DNA of 64,000 bases from the human T2T-CHM13v2.0 reference genome, Homo sapiens (GCF_009914755.1 NC_060929.1), one strand, 5' to 3'; shown: positions 36,109-51,060, counted from the first letter of the stretch. The notes: generated by a model from the sequence alone, not told the origin. Numbers and translations are program-made.

Positions 36109-36845
36109 GTCTAGAGAAGACACTCCAAATCCTTTGGCTTGATGTACAGTGTGTTCATCTCTCTAGACTCATCTCCTACCCAGTATTCTGAGCATGCCCT
36201 GTGCTCCAGCTGGACAGAACTACTTCTATTTCCCAAGGACGTCACCCTCTCCCACTATTCCATGCCTTAGCAAATGCTTTCTGAGATATCCTTCCCTGTC
36301 TTCTTAAACTTACTGTCTCCATCTCACTCTTTAAGATAAAATTTAAAAACTGCCTCCTCTTGGAAGCTTCTCTGGCCCTTTGAACTGAGTTTATGCTTCT
36401 TTATACTTGCTCTGTACTCCCAAAACATTTTTGGGAAACTTACCTATATTACAATTGGGCATTTACTTGATTATTTGTAATCAAGATTAGAACAGTCTGC
36501 TGTTCTAGACAGTCTCCTTGAGAGAACTGAGAGAATCCTTTCTTTCTTTTCTGCAGCTCAAGCTGCTGTACCTGTTGCCCCCAGATTTAGGGAGTGATGG
36601 AGAGAACAGAAGGAAATAAGAGAGAGTATGAATTCCATATTGACTTCCTATTTACCCAAAGAAACTAAGAAAGAAATCCCAGAAATGTCTGCGTTTTCCT
36701 TGAATTGGCAGTAAGATATTTTTCCATTTGTGGAAGTGGGTCTTGTGATCTAAGTCAGTTTTTAAAAAAAAAGGGGGTTTTATGTTTGCACATCTGGGTT
36801 TTGGGACTGTAAAATTCACGCCTGTTGTAGAAGTTATTTAACTTC

Positions 36846-37208
<363 letters not shown>

Positions 37209-37291
37209 CTATGTGTGTTTTGTTTTGGGTATGGGTAGGTAGGCTGAGTTGGGGAGACAATAATGAAAGCCTGGATTTTTAAATCCTACAG

Positions 37292-37320
37292 CAGGAAGAA
37301 GCCCAGACGGGACTGTTTAG
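37292..37320 (+). other. Candidate 29/26-nt micro-exon (NAGNAG acceptor)
   Basis: tcctacag|cag|GAAGAAGCCCAGACGGGACTGTTTAG|gtaagc; GAAGAA enhancer-like motif. Confidence 0.45.
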
Positions 37321-37598
37321 GTAAGCAAGCCTGTGAGTGGTAGAAAGGGCAGTAATTTTAAGTCCTGGGCAGGGTGAGATTTGAGGACTCAGGGCCAGGG
37401 ATGTGGGACTTTCCCTCTCCCTCCACCTCTTTGCCCTTCCCTTGCTTCTCCCTGCTCCCTTCCTCTATTTCTGTCATCTAGATGTTTCTACCCTATGGTG
37501 TCTTCTACTGAATATTTGGGAAATGTTAATGCTAGTCATCTAACTGTTAAAATCAAACTCTTTTACCCTATGTAGTTCTCATTAAATGATGTTGATGA

Positions 37599-38027
<429 letters not shown>

Positions 38028-38069
38028 TAGTCAACACATGGAGGTTAGTGGTCCTTCTCTGGAAACATT

Positions 38070-38290
38070 ACCATCATCATCATCATCTCATTGACAGCTT
38101 GTGGTTGCCAGGCACTGCACATGTAGCAACCCAGTGTTGACACCAGCCATATAGGAAGAGTTCTGTGACATCCCATGTTACAGATGTGGACAGAGAAAGG
38201 TTAAGTAACTTGCCCAAAGTCACACGGGTGGGAAGTGGCAGGGCGGTCTGGCTCCTGAGGTGATGTGCTTCACCTCCACACTTCACTTCT
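38070..38290 (-). mobile_element. MIR
   Basis: ggttaagtaacttgcccaaagtcacac core. Confidence 0.8.
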
Positions 38291-38539
38291 TCTCCAGATT
38301 CTAATTCCCAAACTTACTAATATCTTCTAATTGCTGTAGGATATTCATCCCCCATCCGTGTCTATTTATGATCTATAACCACCTTTTGTGAATACAACCA
38401 ATAAAGTTTTGTCTGTATAAATGATCTGTGTAAATGTCTCTTGGTATTAAGATGGCTCATGAGGAAATAGAAATTATATTTTGCAGTCCTTGTCTGGTTT
38501 CCACAGTAATGGATTATGTCTATAGGATATGAACTCAAT

Positions 38540-39002
38540 AGGTTAGAAAAGTGAAAGAATCATCATCAGTAATGGTACAACTGACATCATGTGGCTCCTG
38601 AGGTGATATATTGAGAAGGACAAACATCACCTATGCGATAGTACTGCCAAAATGTTTCACCTCAATCTAATCATGAGTAAACAATCAGACAAACACACAT
38701 TAAAGGACATCCTGCAAAGCCGCTGGCCAGGACCCTTCACAGGCATCAATGTCATGAAAGACACAAACGCTGAGGAACGCTTGAGATTGATGGAGACTAA
38801 AGAGACAGGATAACAAAATAAATGCATTAGCATTATTTGGATCCTGGATCGGGGGGAAAAAACAGCTATACAGGATGTTATTGGAACACATGGGAAATTT
38901 TGAATTTGGACTGTAAATTAGATAATGTTAAAGTTCCTGAGCAATAATTATATGCTGGTTGTATAAGAGAATGCCTTTGCTCTTAGGGGATAGATGATGG
39001 AA

Positions 39003-39041
<39 letters not shown>

Positions 39042-39420
39042 GAGAGAGAGAATAAACACAGTATATATATATATTATATATAAAATATATATATATATAA
39101 TATATATACACACACACACACAGTTTTACATGTATATACTTTATATATATATAAAGTTAACAAAATGTTAACAATGGATCTAAATGAATGTTAAATGGAT
39201 GATTGTTGTAGTACTCTCATGACTTTTCTGAAGGTTTGAAATGTTCATAATTTAAAAATATATCTGGGAGTAGAGAAAGATTGGGAATATAGATCAGGCA
39301 AGATTAGGCCAGCATTGATTGTTGTTGGCGCTTAGGGTTGAGCATATAGGGGTTCATTAGATTATTCTGTCTACTCTTTGAGATGTTTGAGATTTTTGCC
39401 CAATAAAGAGTTTTTAAAAA
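38540..39420 (+). mobile_element. L1MC/MD-type 3' fragments with embedded (CA)n and (TA)n
   Basis: aatctaatcatgag...atcctggatc...attattctgtctactc motifs; (CA)18 at ~39004-39039. Confidence 0.65.
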
Positions 39421-40799
39421 GGAATGATTTAGTCAGATTTCCTGCTGCTGACTCTCAATAAATGTTTGATGAGGATAAGCTGCCATGACAGATGACTTCT
39501 CTACCTGTGTCTTACCCTCATCCTTACTTCTACCCAGCCCCAGCTACTATTTTCCCTTGCCTGGACCCTGACCCCATCCCCCATTTATTATCCAGCCTGA
39601 AGCCAAGGTGATGTTTTTTAAAATGCAAAACTGATCACACAAGCCCTGCCTGAAACCATTCAAAGTCTATCGAGTATTTTAGGAGGAAACTCCTCACTCA
39701 CAGGCTCCTTTCCCTGGGTTCTGGCCTCAGGGCAGTTTTAGGTCTCTTATTCTTGCCCCAGTCTTCCCTACACCTATGTAGAGGCTTGTCCCTCAGACCA
39801 GAATGCTGTTTTCCCTCTTTATCAAGTCAGGGCTTATTCATTCTTTAAATATCAGTTCAATATCACTTCTTTATGAAATCCTTCCCTGGTCTATTTGCTT
39901 AGCATGAAGCCCCAGCATGGGCCTGGTAGCAGGTCCATTTCTCTGGTAACATCCTAGTTGGAATTATAATTCTCTGTGATTGGCTGATGCCTTCCTCTAG
40001 GTTGAAAGCTCTCTGATGTCTCTGTTTTGCTCATCATTGTATCCATAGAAGGTGCTTGATATCGACACATAATTTCATACATTTTTAACTATTTTTTTCA
40101 CTAACATTATTTAGAATTTTTATCTTCATAGAATTCCTTTGTACTTATCTTCAAAAGGACAGGTGATTGTCTCCTGAAGCTGAATTTTAGTTCTTAAATT
40201 GATGTGATCCCCTCTGACAATATGGAAACATTATTGTCATAATGCTCCTTGAAAAATTGGTTAAGTCACTTGGCTTCTGTTTCCTTTCACAATCAATATG
40301 ACTTCATGCAAAATGATGCAGCAGTTCACATCATTCTGTCAGCCCCTATGAAGGAAATATTGTTTTCTAAAATTAAAATTGTGAATCAACTCACAGGAGG
40401 ATGTTGTCAAATAAACAAAGAATCATCACTTATATTACACTGCCAAATTTTTGATAAGCTTAATTCCTCCAAATGCATTTAACTTTAATGAAGAATAATA
40501 CAATTTAATAACAACATAAAATGGAATAATTTATCTTTCCAGACCTAGACATTGGGCAGATGTCTTCTGCTTAATAAGTTGTGTCAAAATGCAAAAGATT
40601 TTTTCTTCTCCTTCAGATTTATCTCTCCTTGTTTTTATATATGTGGCTTGGGCAATGATCTATATGTACATATTTAATTAAATCACTCATCAGGCTATAT
40701 AGTGTTTATGGTTGCACATCTCTGGGATTTGTTGTTTCAAGTTCCCGAGGCACTGATATTTATATAACCCAATAAAATTTGATAATTATTAGTGTATTT

Positions 40800-41010
40800 G
40801 TCAAGATTATTTCAGTTGCAAGTGACATATAACCAAACTCAAATTAACTTAAGCAACAAAGGGAATTTACTGCCACATATAACTGTGGAAAGCAAAGGTG
40901 GAGGTTGGTTTCAGGGACTCAGATGAGGTTGACAGGGGTGTCTCTTCATCTCCTGGCTTGCTTTGCCCTTTGCTACTGTCATTCTCAGGTAAGCTCTCTT
41001 CTTATAGGTA
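40800..41010. mobile_element. MLT1K/L-like LTR fragment
   Basis: gttgcaagtgaca...ccaaactcaaattaacttaagcaacaaagggaattta. Confidence 0.55.
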
Positions 41011-41262
41011 ACAAAGGAATGTTCATGAAGCAACACAGTAAGTTATTCATTGATATAGGGTGAATTTTGGATATTTACAGATGGGGTGAAAGGCTCCAGC
41101 TGAGCCTAAACTGGGGTTTGGATTGTGCCTGGGTGTCAATTTATGTGATATGATTTTTTGGTGGGGGGCTTAAAGAGAGGATTTGTTATAAGACTGCTGG
41201 GAGAGGGGCAAAATGGGGAGGCATTACTTGGTGCTATGTGTTCCACCATGGTTCAAGGACTA

Positions 41263-41304
41263 TTAGTTTGGTGCAAAAGTAATTGTGGTTTTAGCCATTA
41301 AAAA
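41263..41304. mobile_element. Half MADE1 (Hsmar1-derived MITE; one TIR only)
   Basis: ttagtttggtgcaaaagtaattgtggttttagccatta vs MADE1 TTAGGTTGGTGCAAAAGTAATTGCGGTTTTTGCCATTA. Confidence 0.85.
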
Positions 41305-43524
41305 TTACCTTTTTGAGCTTCTGTGGAAAGTAGAGCTATAACAGAGAGTGAAATAATCACTTTTTATGAAGAATTTCATAAATTTTGAGGGGATTGTACA
41401 GTTTTGGTACATTAGGGTGTGATAGCTATAAAATGCTTCCAGGAAGCAACAGTGCAAGACAGCACAGCATCTCACAGGGAGGCACTGAGGAGCCCAAAGG
41501 CTATAATTTCCCTCTTGAGCACCCTCTGGAGACTCCAGAGCTGCTTGGGTCCCTATGGTATGGTGCCAGAGAGTGGATTTTAGAAACAGTAGATATAGCT
41601 CCTTGTTTATGGGAGATGCTTCCACTTAGTTTTATAGGGATAGATTACATGACCCCAAAAGGTTACGTACAGGGAGGGGAACAATGCAGAACACACTGTC
41701 ATTATGAAATCAGTGAATGAATGTGAAGATACAAAGAAACAAGGTTTGTGTGTTGACAAATGCTTCAGTTTGATAAGACATACAACAGGCAGCTTATGTA
41801 GAAAGCCAGTGGCATTATCATAGGATGTTTCTCATTTACTGCCTATAAGGAAGTCATGTCGTTGCTCTGTAAAAGCTTGCAAAGATAGCACCAGTACTAG
41901 AAGAACCATGTCAGTCATGTTGCAAATATCTGAGCAACATTAAGACTTCTTACATTGGGAATACTCTTCCTATATAACCCCTTCTCTGGTTAAAAGCATT
42001 AAAAAATTTTAAGAGGTATATATAATGAAATTGCAGGGATTTATACATTCAAATCAGTGATGTGGTCTGCAAAAGGTAAGTATAAATTGTAATGTAGGTA
42101 AAATCCTCTATTACTTTTGTTTGTATAAGTTCGGATCTTAAATTAAACTGCTGCTAGCAGAATGCTCATTAAAGTGGATTTAAAATTCCAAATGAAAAGT
42201 TATTGATTTCAAAAAGGGTAAACACAACTAAGCCTTTAGAATCATCTGAAGTTATTAAATTATCAACTTAGTTACTGTTTTTTATTTTTTTTTAGTAACT
42301 TGATTGTTTATTAGGTAAACTGCATAAGGTAAAACGTTTGAAATGGAACTGAAAGATATCAGCCAATAGTTATTTTCCACAGACATTTAAAAATGAATTG
42401 TTTGCTGAAAAATGGTGATGGGTTTTGATCTCCGTTGCCCCCAGATTCCTGGACCTCACAAAAAATATAGCCTACTTTATGTCTATTTGAAGGAAAGATT
42501 AGGATGAGGGTCAGATGATAAATTTTTAGCCACAAGTATCTAGCCAAAAGAGCCTGACTTCGCCCTATCACATTTCCCATGTATGTTTATGGACTGTACC
42601 ATTTAGGTATTATAATAAAAATTTTTATCTGTCCCTGGAGGCAAAACTGAGTTATATATTAAATGGCTATTTTCTTTGTTTTCTGCTTAGGTATGCATGT
42701 AATGTGGTAGCATAATATATATTCCACACTTGTTTCATTCCTGCAGAGAGATAATATTTTTGCAGCTGACAGAGTAAAGACATCCTGTGCTTCCAGAATA
42801 AGAGAGAACATATTGTCAGGATAAAATACAGATGTTTCCATTGTTTTTTCTACCTCGTGGTTGTTTTCAGCAGAGGTTAAATTTCATGGGCATATTTCCC
42901 TGTCCTTGTTTGGGCAGTTGGACACAGAAGTTCATAGTAAATTCAGGACTATTAAAGATGGTTTCAAGGAATGTATTTCAAAATGTTTTTAGTAGGGGAA
43001 AGTAAGTAAAAAATTTATCCCTCCCAAAAAAGCTCTCTTCATAAGAATGTTGAAATTTAAATAACTTTCCTATTTCTCTGTAAGGAAGGAAGTTGAGTAT
43101 GTCCAATTTTTCTTTCTTAAAAAATTTATTTTTCTTACGTGAGAAACAAATACAAAGTTTCTTTCATCACAGTCTAGAAAAAATAAATGGAATCTTTTGT
43201 AACAAAGATGGTATCCTGATTACATCTGATGACTTCCTCTTTCCTATTCTAGAAAGAAATAATCCAAAACATGTAAAAGGGTTATAAAAAGGTCATTTGT
43301 GTATCATCATCAGAAACTTTTTACCTATATCGATGAAGCTCAGGAGTTTTAGTTGGAAATGCTAGAGGTGGTAGTAAATGAGGGGGTCACTAATAAGCCA
43401 CTGTTCACATTTTGGCTGTTCATGCTGGAAAAACAAATTCTTCAACTGTAAAGATAAGAGAAAAATCACCAGTCAAAATCTAGAGACCAAAAATATGTCT
43501 TGAAAATGAAGAGAAGAGTAACTA

Positions 43525-43892
<368 letters not shown>

Positions 43893-43934
43893 TCAAGAGG
43901 CAGGAAAGATGAAAGCAAAAGAAATAGTATTATT

Positions 43935-44007
43935 GGGCTATCGTGCCACTGCACTGCAGCCTCCAGCCCAGGTGACAGTGCGAGACTCCGAAAAAAAAAA
44001 AAAAAAG
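43935..44007 (+). mobile_element. Heavily 5'-truncated Alu with 18-bp TSD
   Basis: atcgtgccactgcact...gcgagactccg plus A tail; aaaagaaatagtattatt / aaaagaaatggtatcatt flanks. Confidence 0.85.
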
Positions 44008-44559
44008 AAAAGAAATGGTATCATTATCACAGGAGTTCCAGAAGGAGAAAACTGTATGGATGAATGAAAGCAATAGCCAAAGAAACAGAAGAAGGCATTT
44101 TTTCCAAGTTGAAGAATTCAGTCTTCACATAGAGAAAGCTTACTGAAGACTGGGCAGGCATAATGAAAAAAAGCCATATTCAGGTGGTTCACCATATTCT
44201 GGATAAAGAACAAATGCTAGAAGCAGCCAACTAGGAAAAAATGTCACCCCCCACCCCACAAGTTTAAATGACATTGGACTTCTTATTTGCAACACTAACA
44301 TTAGAAAACCTGAGAGAAAATGTGTGACTTCTGAAGAAAAGAAATTATGTTCCAATAATTATATACTAAACCAAGCTATTGTCAAAATGCAAGGCAAATC
44401 AAAGCCTGGTTCAGATTTGCAAGAATTCAGAAATTGTATGACTCACGTATACTTTTAAAAAAACAAAAAACAAAAAAACAAAGTATACCTTTAAGAAAAA
44501 GCTAATCAAAATAAAGAATTTTAGAAATGTAAAGACATGTTTAAAAAATAGCAGTGAGC

Positions 44560-46237
44560 TGCTCAAGGAAATAGGAGAGGACACAAACAAATGGAAAATC
44601 ATTCCATGCTCATGGATGGGAAGAATCAATATTGTTAAAATGGCCATGCTGCCCAAAGTAATGTATAGATTCAATGCTATCCCCATGAAGCTACCATTGA
44701 CTTTCTTCACAGAATTAGAAAAAAACTATTTTAAATTTCATATGGAACCAAAAAAGAGCCCGTATAGCCAAGACAATCCTAAGCAAAAAGGACAAAGCTG
44801 GAGGCATCACACTACCTGTCTTCAAACTACACTACAAAGCTATAGTAACCAAAACAGCATGCTACTGGTACCAAAACAGATATATAGACCAATGGAACAG
44901 AACAGAGGCCTCAGAAATAATGCCACACATCTACAACCAACTGATCTTTGACAAACCTGACAAAACACAAGGAATGGGGAAAGGACTCCCTATTTAATAG
45001 ATGGTGTTGGGAAAACTAGCTAGCAATATGCAGAAAACTGAAACTAGACCCCTTCCTTACACCTTATACAAAAATGAACTCAAGATGGATTAAAGACTTA
45101 AACATAAGACCCAAAACCATAAAAACCATAGAAGAAAACCTAGGCAATACCATTCAGGACATAGGCATGGGCAAAGACTTCATGACTAAAACACCAAACG
45201 CAATGGCAACAAAAGCCAAAATTAACAAATGCAATCTAATTAAACTAAAGAGCTTCTTCACAGCAAAAGAAACTATCATCAGAGTGAATAGGCAACCTAG
45301 AGAATGGAAGAAAAGTTTTGCAAACTATCCATCTGACAAAGGGCTAATATCCAGAATCTATAGGGAACTTAAACAAATTTACAGGAAAAAAACAACCCCA
45401 TCAAAAAGTGGGTGAAGGATATGAACAGATACATCTCAAAAGAAGACATTTATGCAGCCAACAAACATATGAAAAAAAGCTCATCATCACTGGTCATTAG
45501 AGAAATGCAAATCAAAACCACAATGAGATATCATCTCACGCCAGTTAGAATGGTGATCATTAAAAAGTTAGGAAACAACAGATGCTGGAGAGGATGTGGA
45601 GTAATAGGAATGCTTTTTCACTGTTGGTGGGAGTGTAAATTAGTTTAATCATTGTGGAAGACAATGTGGCGATTCCTCAAGGATCTAGAACCAGAAATAC
45701 CATTTGACCCAGCAATCCCATTACTGGGTATATACTCAAAGGATTATAAATCATTCTGCTATAAAGATATATGCACATGTATGTTTATTGTAGCACTGTT
45801 CACAATAGCAAAGACTTGGAACCAATCCAAATGCCCATCAATGATAGACTGGATAAAGAAAATGTGGCACATATACAACATAGACTACTATGCAGCCGTA
45901 AGAAGAATGAGTTCATGTTCTTTGCCAGAACATGGATGAAGCTGGAAACCACCATTCTCAGCAAACTAACACAGAAACAGAGAACCAAACACCGCATGTT
46001 CTCACTCATAAGTGGGAGTTGAACAATGAGAATATATGGGTACAGGGAGGGGAACATCACACACCAGGGCCTGTTGCGGGGTGGGGAGCAAGGGGAGGGA
46101 TAGCATTAGGAGAAATGCCTAATGTAGATGATGGGTTGATGGGTGCAGCAAATTACCATGGCACATGTATACCTATGTAACAAACCTGCACATTCTGCAC
46201 GTGTATCCCAGAACTTAAAGTATAATTAAAAAAAAAA
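44560..46237 (+). mobile_element. 5'-truncated L1PA (about L1PA7-8)
   Basis: ORF2 C-terminal fragments, 3' UTR ...cctaatgtagatgatgggttgatggg..., A tail. Confidence 0.93.
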
Positions 46238-46480
46238 TGGTGAGCAATGAAAACTTAGATTTAAGTCTAAAGAGTAGTTTGTAATGTGGTTGTGAAACTA
46301 AGTGAAATTTACAACAATAAATTTTGAAAAGATATACATATATAAAATTTAGATTTAAAACATATATTTTATATTTACATAAAATATTTATAAATTATAT
46401 TTATATATAATTTATAATATTTATAAATATTTAAAATAATAGATAATATATACTATTACATATAATTTATAAATGTTTAA

Positions 46481-46694
46481 AATAATATATACTATATAAT
46501 AGTATATATTATACAATAATATATACTATATAATAGTATATATTATACAATAATATATACTATATAATAGTATATATTATACAATAATATATACTATATA
46601 ATAGTATATATTATACAATAATATATACTATATAATAGTATATATTATACAATAATATATACTATATAATAGTATATATTATACAATAATATAT
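46481..46694. repeat. AT-rich minisatellite: 6 perfect 34-bp units plus 10 nt, inside an AT-rich tract at ~46330-46766
   Basis: Unit aataatatatactatataatagtatatattatac at 46481, 46515, 46549, 46583, 46617, 46651. Confidence 0.95.
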
Positions 46695-47078
46695 GATTAT
46701 ATTATATATAATAAATAATATATAATAATATATGTATAAAAAGAATATATATATATATATATATATAGACACACCATACATACATAAATGAATGACCTAA
46801 AGTTCCCTGGAGGTGTGAGATGAAGAGAGAGGTAGGGAAAGAGGAAGTAAAGCATGATAGTTTTCAGCTTGAAAAAGAAGGGTCTATATATGTTTCTGGG
46901 TTCTTAACATTGATGGAGAATAAATTAAAACATGTTTTACAAAATTTTAGACAAAACAAATTTTAAATGAGACCATTAGAGGAGAAAAAAAAACTCACAG
47001 AAAGTATTATTATTCCAAAAGACAGCAAAGTGTGTGTGTGGTTGTGGGGTGGGGGAGAGAGAGCGAGAGAAAGAGAGA

Positions 47079-47255
47079 GAAGAAGAAGAAGAAGAAGAAG
47101 AAGAAGAAGAAGAAGAAGAAGAAGAAGAAGAAGAAGAAGAAGAAGAAGAAGAAGAAGAAGAAGAAGAAGAAGAAGAAGAAGAAGAAGAAGAAGAAGAAGA
47201 AGAAGAAGAAGAAGAAGAAGAAGAAGAAGAAGAAGAAGAAGAAGAAGAAGAAGAA
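47079..47255 (+). repeat. Pure (GAA)59 triplet repeat preceded by (GA)n
   Basis: 177 nt, uninterrupted, by direct count. Confidence 0.97.
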
Positions 47256-49475
47256 AAATTTAAAGAATCTATGAAGTAAGACAGAAGGAATAAAAAGCTC
47301 ATGAATTTGATTTATCTATGCAACTTTATTTACAGGCCATAATGGAGTAACTGCTGTTGGATTTACCCTCACACTACAATGAAAGAAAATATGTAAAGTG
47401 ACCATTTTAGGCATTGGAAAATTGGCAGTGTAGGATTAGAGTCTTAGAGAGACAGAAATAACATGAGGCAAGCACCACATTTTATATCTGGGAGCACTTT
47501 CCTGAATGTGGGGCACAGAGAAATGGAGACCAAGTGAAGATCATTAGTCTGATTGAGCTGAGGGGGCAGAAATGGTAACACAGGGCTCTAGAGAAAGCTG
47601 GAATTTGCAGGGTAGGATTCCAGAGAGGGAGAAGCAGTAAAGAAGAAAAGTCCCAGAAGTCTGTGTAGATATTCTTCTTAGCTTTTTGGCTGAGAGCTGG
47701 TGTGGGCTTTACACGTCAGGTCGAGATTCTGCAAGACCTCCCAATTCTGAAAAGTAGAAGCTGCAAAGGAGCTAACAAAGGAAAGGAAATGCCAGAGATC
47801 TGCACTGCTAAGAGATATTGCAGTCTTAGCCCAGCTATAATGGAAAGACTTCACCATATGCGTCAGTCATTTAGTTGAAACCACTCTATAGAAACAAGGA
47901 CTATGATCATATCTAGGGATTTAAGTAAAAAAGGGGTATAGCCTAGCCCAAACAAAGCATAAAATGAAGCCTGAAGGATCAAGAGAATGAGCCAGTTGTG
48001 TAGTTGCTGGCCAGAACAAAATATTATACTTTTAAAAGGGAGGCAATATAATCCAAACTGTGTATAATAGATCATTTGCAACATTTTATGTGCAATAGAA
48101 AATTACTATAGAGGCAAAGAACCAGGAAAATATGACCCATAACAAAGATTTAAAAAAATACAATAGAAAGAGATCCTGAGATGATTCAGATTTTGGAGTT
48201 AGAACACAGTTTTTAAAACAATGTTTATACACATGTTCAAAGATTTAAATGAAAACATGAATGTAATGAATGGACAGGTAGGAAATCTCAAAAGAGAAAA
48301 GCAGGGTATAAAAAATACCTAACTAAAAATACTAGAAGTAATAATTTCCCTCAGTGGCTCAAGAGGAGATTGGATAATGCAGAATAAAAGATCAGAGAAT
48401 TGAAAAACACAATGATGGAAGATAACAAAATGGAAAAACAAAGAGAAAATATATTTTAAAACATGGATAGAGCCTCAGAATCTTGTGGGATAATATCAGT
48501 TGTCCCATATGTAGGGAAGTCTCAGAAGAAAAGGGAAAGGAGAATGAATCAGAACTATTCCAAGAAATAATAACGAAAGGTGAACTTGGTGAAAAAAAAA
48601 ATCAATCTGCAGATCTAAAAACACCAAAGCAGTATGTCTTTTAAAGTATTCTTCAAGATTGAAAAGTAAAAAAAAAAAAATTTAAATTAATGTAAACTGA
48701 AACTATTTGTCCACAATAGCCATGGTACTAAAAGAAATGCTAAAGAAAGTTCATCAAGCTGAAGATAAAACTTAGAACTATAGGAAGGAATGAAGATCAT
48801 TGGACATGGTAAACGTGGGCAAATATGAATAAATTTTATTTTCTCACCTTTAAATTTCTTTAAAACATAATTGACTGGTTCAAGCAAAAATAATAATGCG
48901 TTGTGGCTTGGGTACTGTGTTGTGGCATTTCTAATATATGTAATAGTAAAAATGACAATAGCATTACAAATTGGGTGGGGTAAATGGGATTCTACTGTTG
49001 GAAGATTCTTATATTCTATGTGAAGTGTTACAGTATTAATTAGAAGTAGACTGTGATAAGTTAAAAATATATACTATAATCCCTGGCGCAATCACTAATA
49101 CATACACACAGAGAGAGAGAGAGAAGAAGAAGGAGGAGGAGGAGGAGGAGGAGAAGAGAGAAATACCCAATAGAGATAGAGGCAATAAAATAGAGTACTA
49201 AATCATATTTCATTGATTTAAGAAGGTAGAAAAGGACAAATAAAAGAAACAAACATACAAACATGAGATGGAACAAATAGAATATGAACTGCAAGATAGT
49301 AAAATTAAAGTCAACCATTTAATTACATTGAATGTAAATGTACTAAATATTACAATTATGAGGCAGAGATTATTGGACTGGATATAAAAACAGGAGCCAA
49401 CTAAAAGCTGTCTGTAAGAAAGTCTCTTTAAATAAAACCACACAGCTAGGTTGAAAGGAAAGACATAAAAAATTG

Positions 49476-49874
49476 TGGCTTATTCTGTTTTGTGCTGTGG
49501 AATCCCTGAGACTGGGTAATTTATAAAGAATAAAAATTTATTTATTGCCGTTTTGGAGGCTGAGAAGTCTAAGATCAAGGCAGCAGCAGGTTTAGTGTCT
49601 GTGAGGTTCTGGTCTCCAACTCCAAGATGTCATCTTGAATACTGCATCCAACAGAGGAGGCAACACTGTTGTTCACATGGCAGAAGAGTGAAAGGAGGAA
49701 TGCAAATTTACCCCTTTATGGCAAACCCACTCCTGTGATAACAGCGTTGATTCATTTATGAGGGAGGAGCCCTCATGGCCTAATTACCTCTTAATGGTCT
49801 TACCTCTTAATACTATTAAAATGGTAATTAAGTTTCCAACACATGCTTTTTGGGGGCCCATTTAAACGATAGCA
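49476..49874 (-). mobile_element. MaLR LTR (MST family)
   Basis: ctgagactgggtaatttataaagaa...ggaggctgagaagtctaagatcaagg...aaacgatagca. Confidence 0.85.
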
Positions 49875-51060
49875 AATATATACCATACAAATAGTAACCA
49901 TGAATAAAACTTATGTGGCTATGTTAATATTGGGCAAAATAGACTTCAAGATGAGGATTGTTACTATAGATTAAAAAAACTTTCATAAGAAAGATCAGTT
50001 TGTCAAGAAGAGACAGTAATCTTAAACGTGTATTTACCTAATAACTATGTTTAACATCATTTCTGGCACATAGGAAGAATACATTAAATGTAGCTATTAT
50101 TAATACAAGGATGACTCAACACAAGAAAATCCATTAATATAATTTACTATATAAATAGATAAAAAAAATTTATGACATTTCAATATGGGCAAAAATGTAT
50201 TTGCTAAAATTCAATAATCATTTGTGATTAAAAACAAGTAAACAATAAGTGTTGGTAAGCTAGCAATAGAAGGAAACTTCATTGAACTAATAAAGATTAG
50301 CATAAAACAAGAACAAACACCATGTGTGATGTAAATCATTAGAAACATTCCTACTAAAGTTAGAGACAAGATAAACTTGCTGCCAGAACTGTTGTCTTTT
50401 AACCTTGTAATAGAGGTCCTAACTCTAACCAATGCAAATATATACAGACCAAAAAAGAATAACATGACACATAAATATTATAAAGAAAAGACACAGATAT
50501 AATTATTTGGAAACTAAAGATTGCCATGCAAATCCAAGGAATTATCTGAAAAAATTATTAGAATCAGTAAAATTCAGTACGACAGATACAAAATTAACAT
50601 AGAAAAAAATCAATGCTTTCCTATATATTATCAATAATATACTAAAGAATGAAACAGAGAAAAAAACCTATTTACAATAATAATAAAAAACCCTAACAGT
50701 TGTAAGATTCATATGTTGAAAACTGTAAAATATAGAAAAAAATCCAATAATGCAGATATGCAGGACTTTTCTAAACAGAAGACAATTTTTGTTGAGATAT
50801 CAGTCCTCCTCAAGTTAATTTAGAAATGTAATGCAATCCTAATCATTATTTATGAAACTTAACATGCTATTTTATTGGTCAAATGGTAGACAAAATAGCA
50901 AGTAACCTGGAAAACTCCTAGAAGAAAAAATGAGGGAAACTTGTCTTTCAAAAATTAAAACAAATTTGAAAATATAAAAGTATAGGGTTTGCGCAGGTAT
51001 AGGCAGAGATATTGGTTAATAAGATTGGATGGAATCTAGGAGGAGCAGTATGCACATCAG

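Noticed and set aside
41263-41304. miR-548-type hairpin
   Set aside because: Only one MADE1 arm, so no stem-loop
46481-46694. Palindromic 34-bp repeats as a CRISPR-like array
   Set aside because: No spacers, no cas genes, mammalian DNA; a head-to-tail minisatellite
47079-47255. Assignment to a known GAA disease locus
   Set aside because: The FXN repeat lies inside an Alu and this one does not; flanks not recognised as any named locus
46967-47302. Poly-Arg/Lys/Glu/Ser ORFs
   Set aside because: Translations of the GAA repeat
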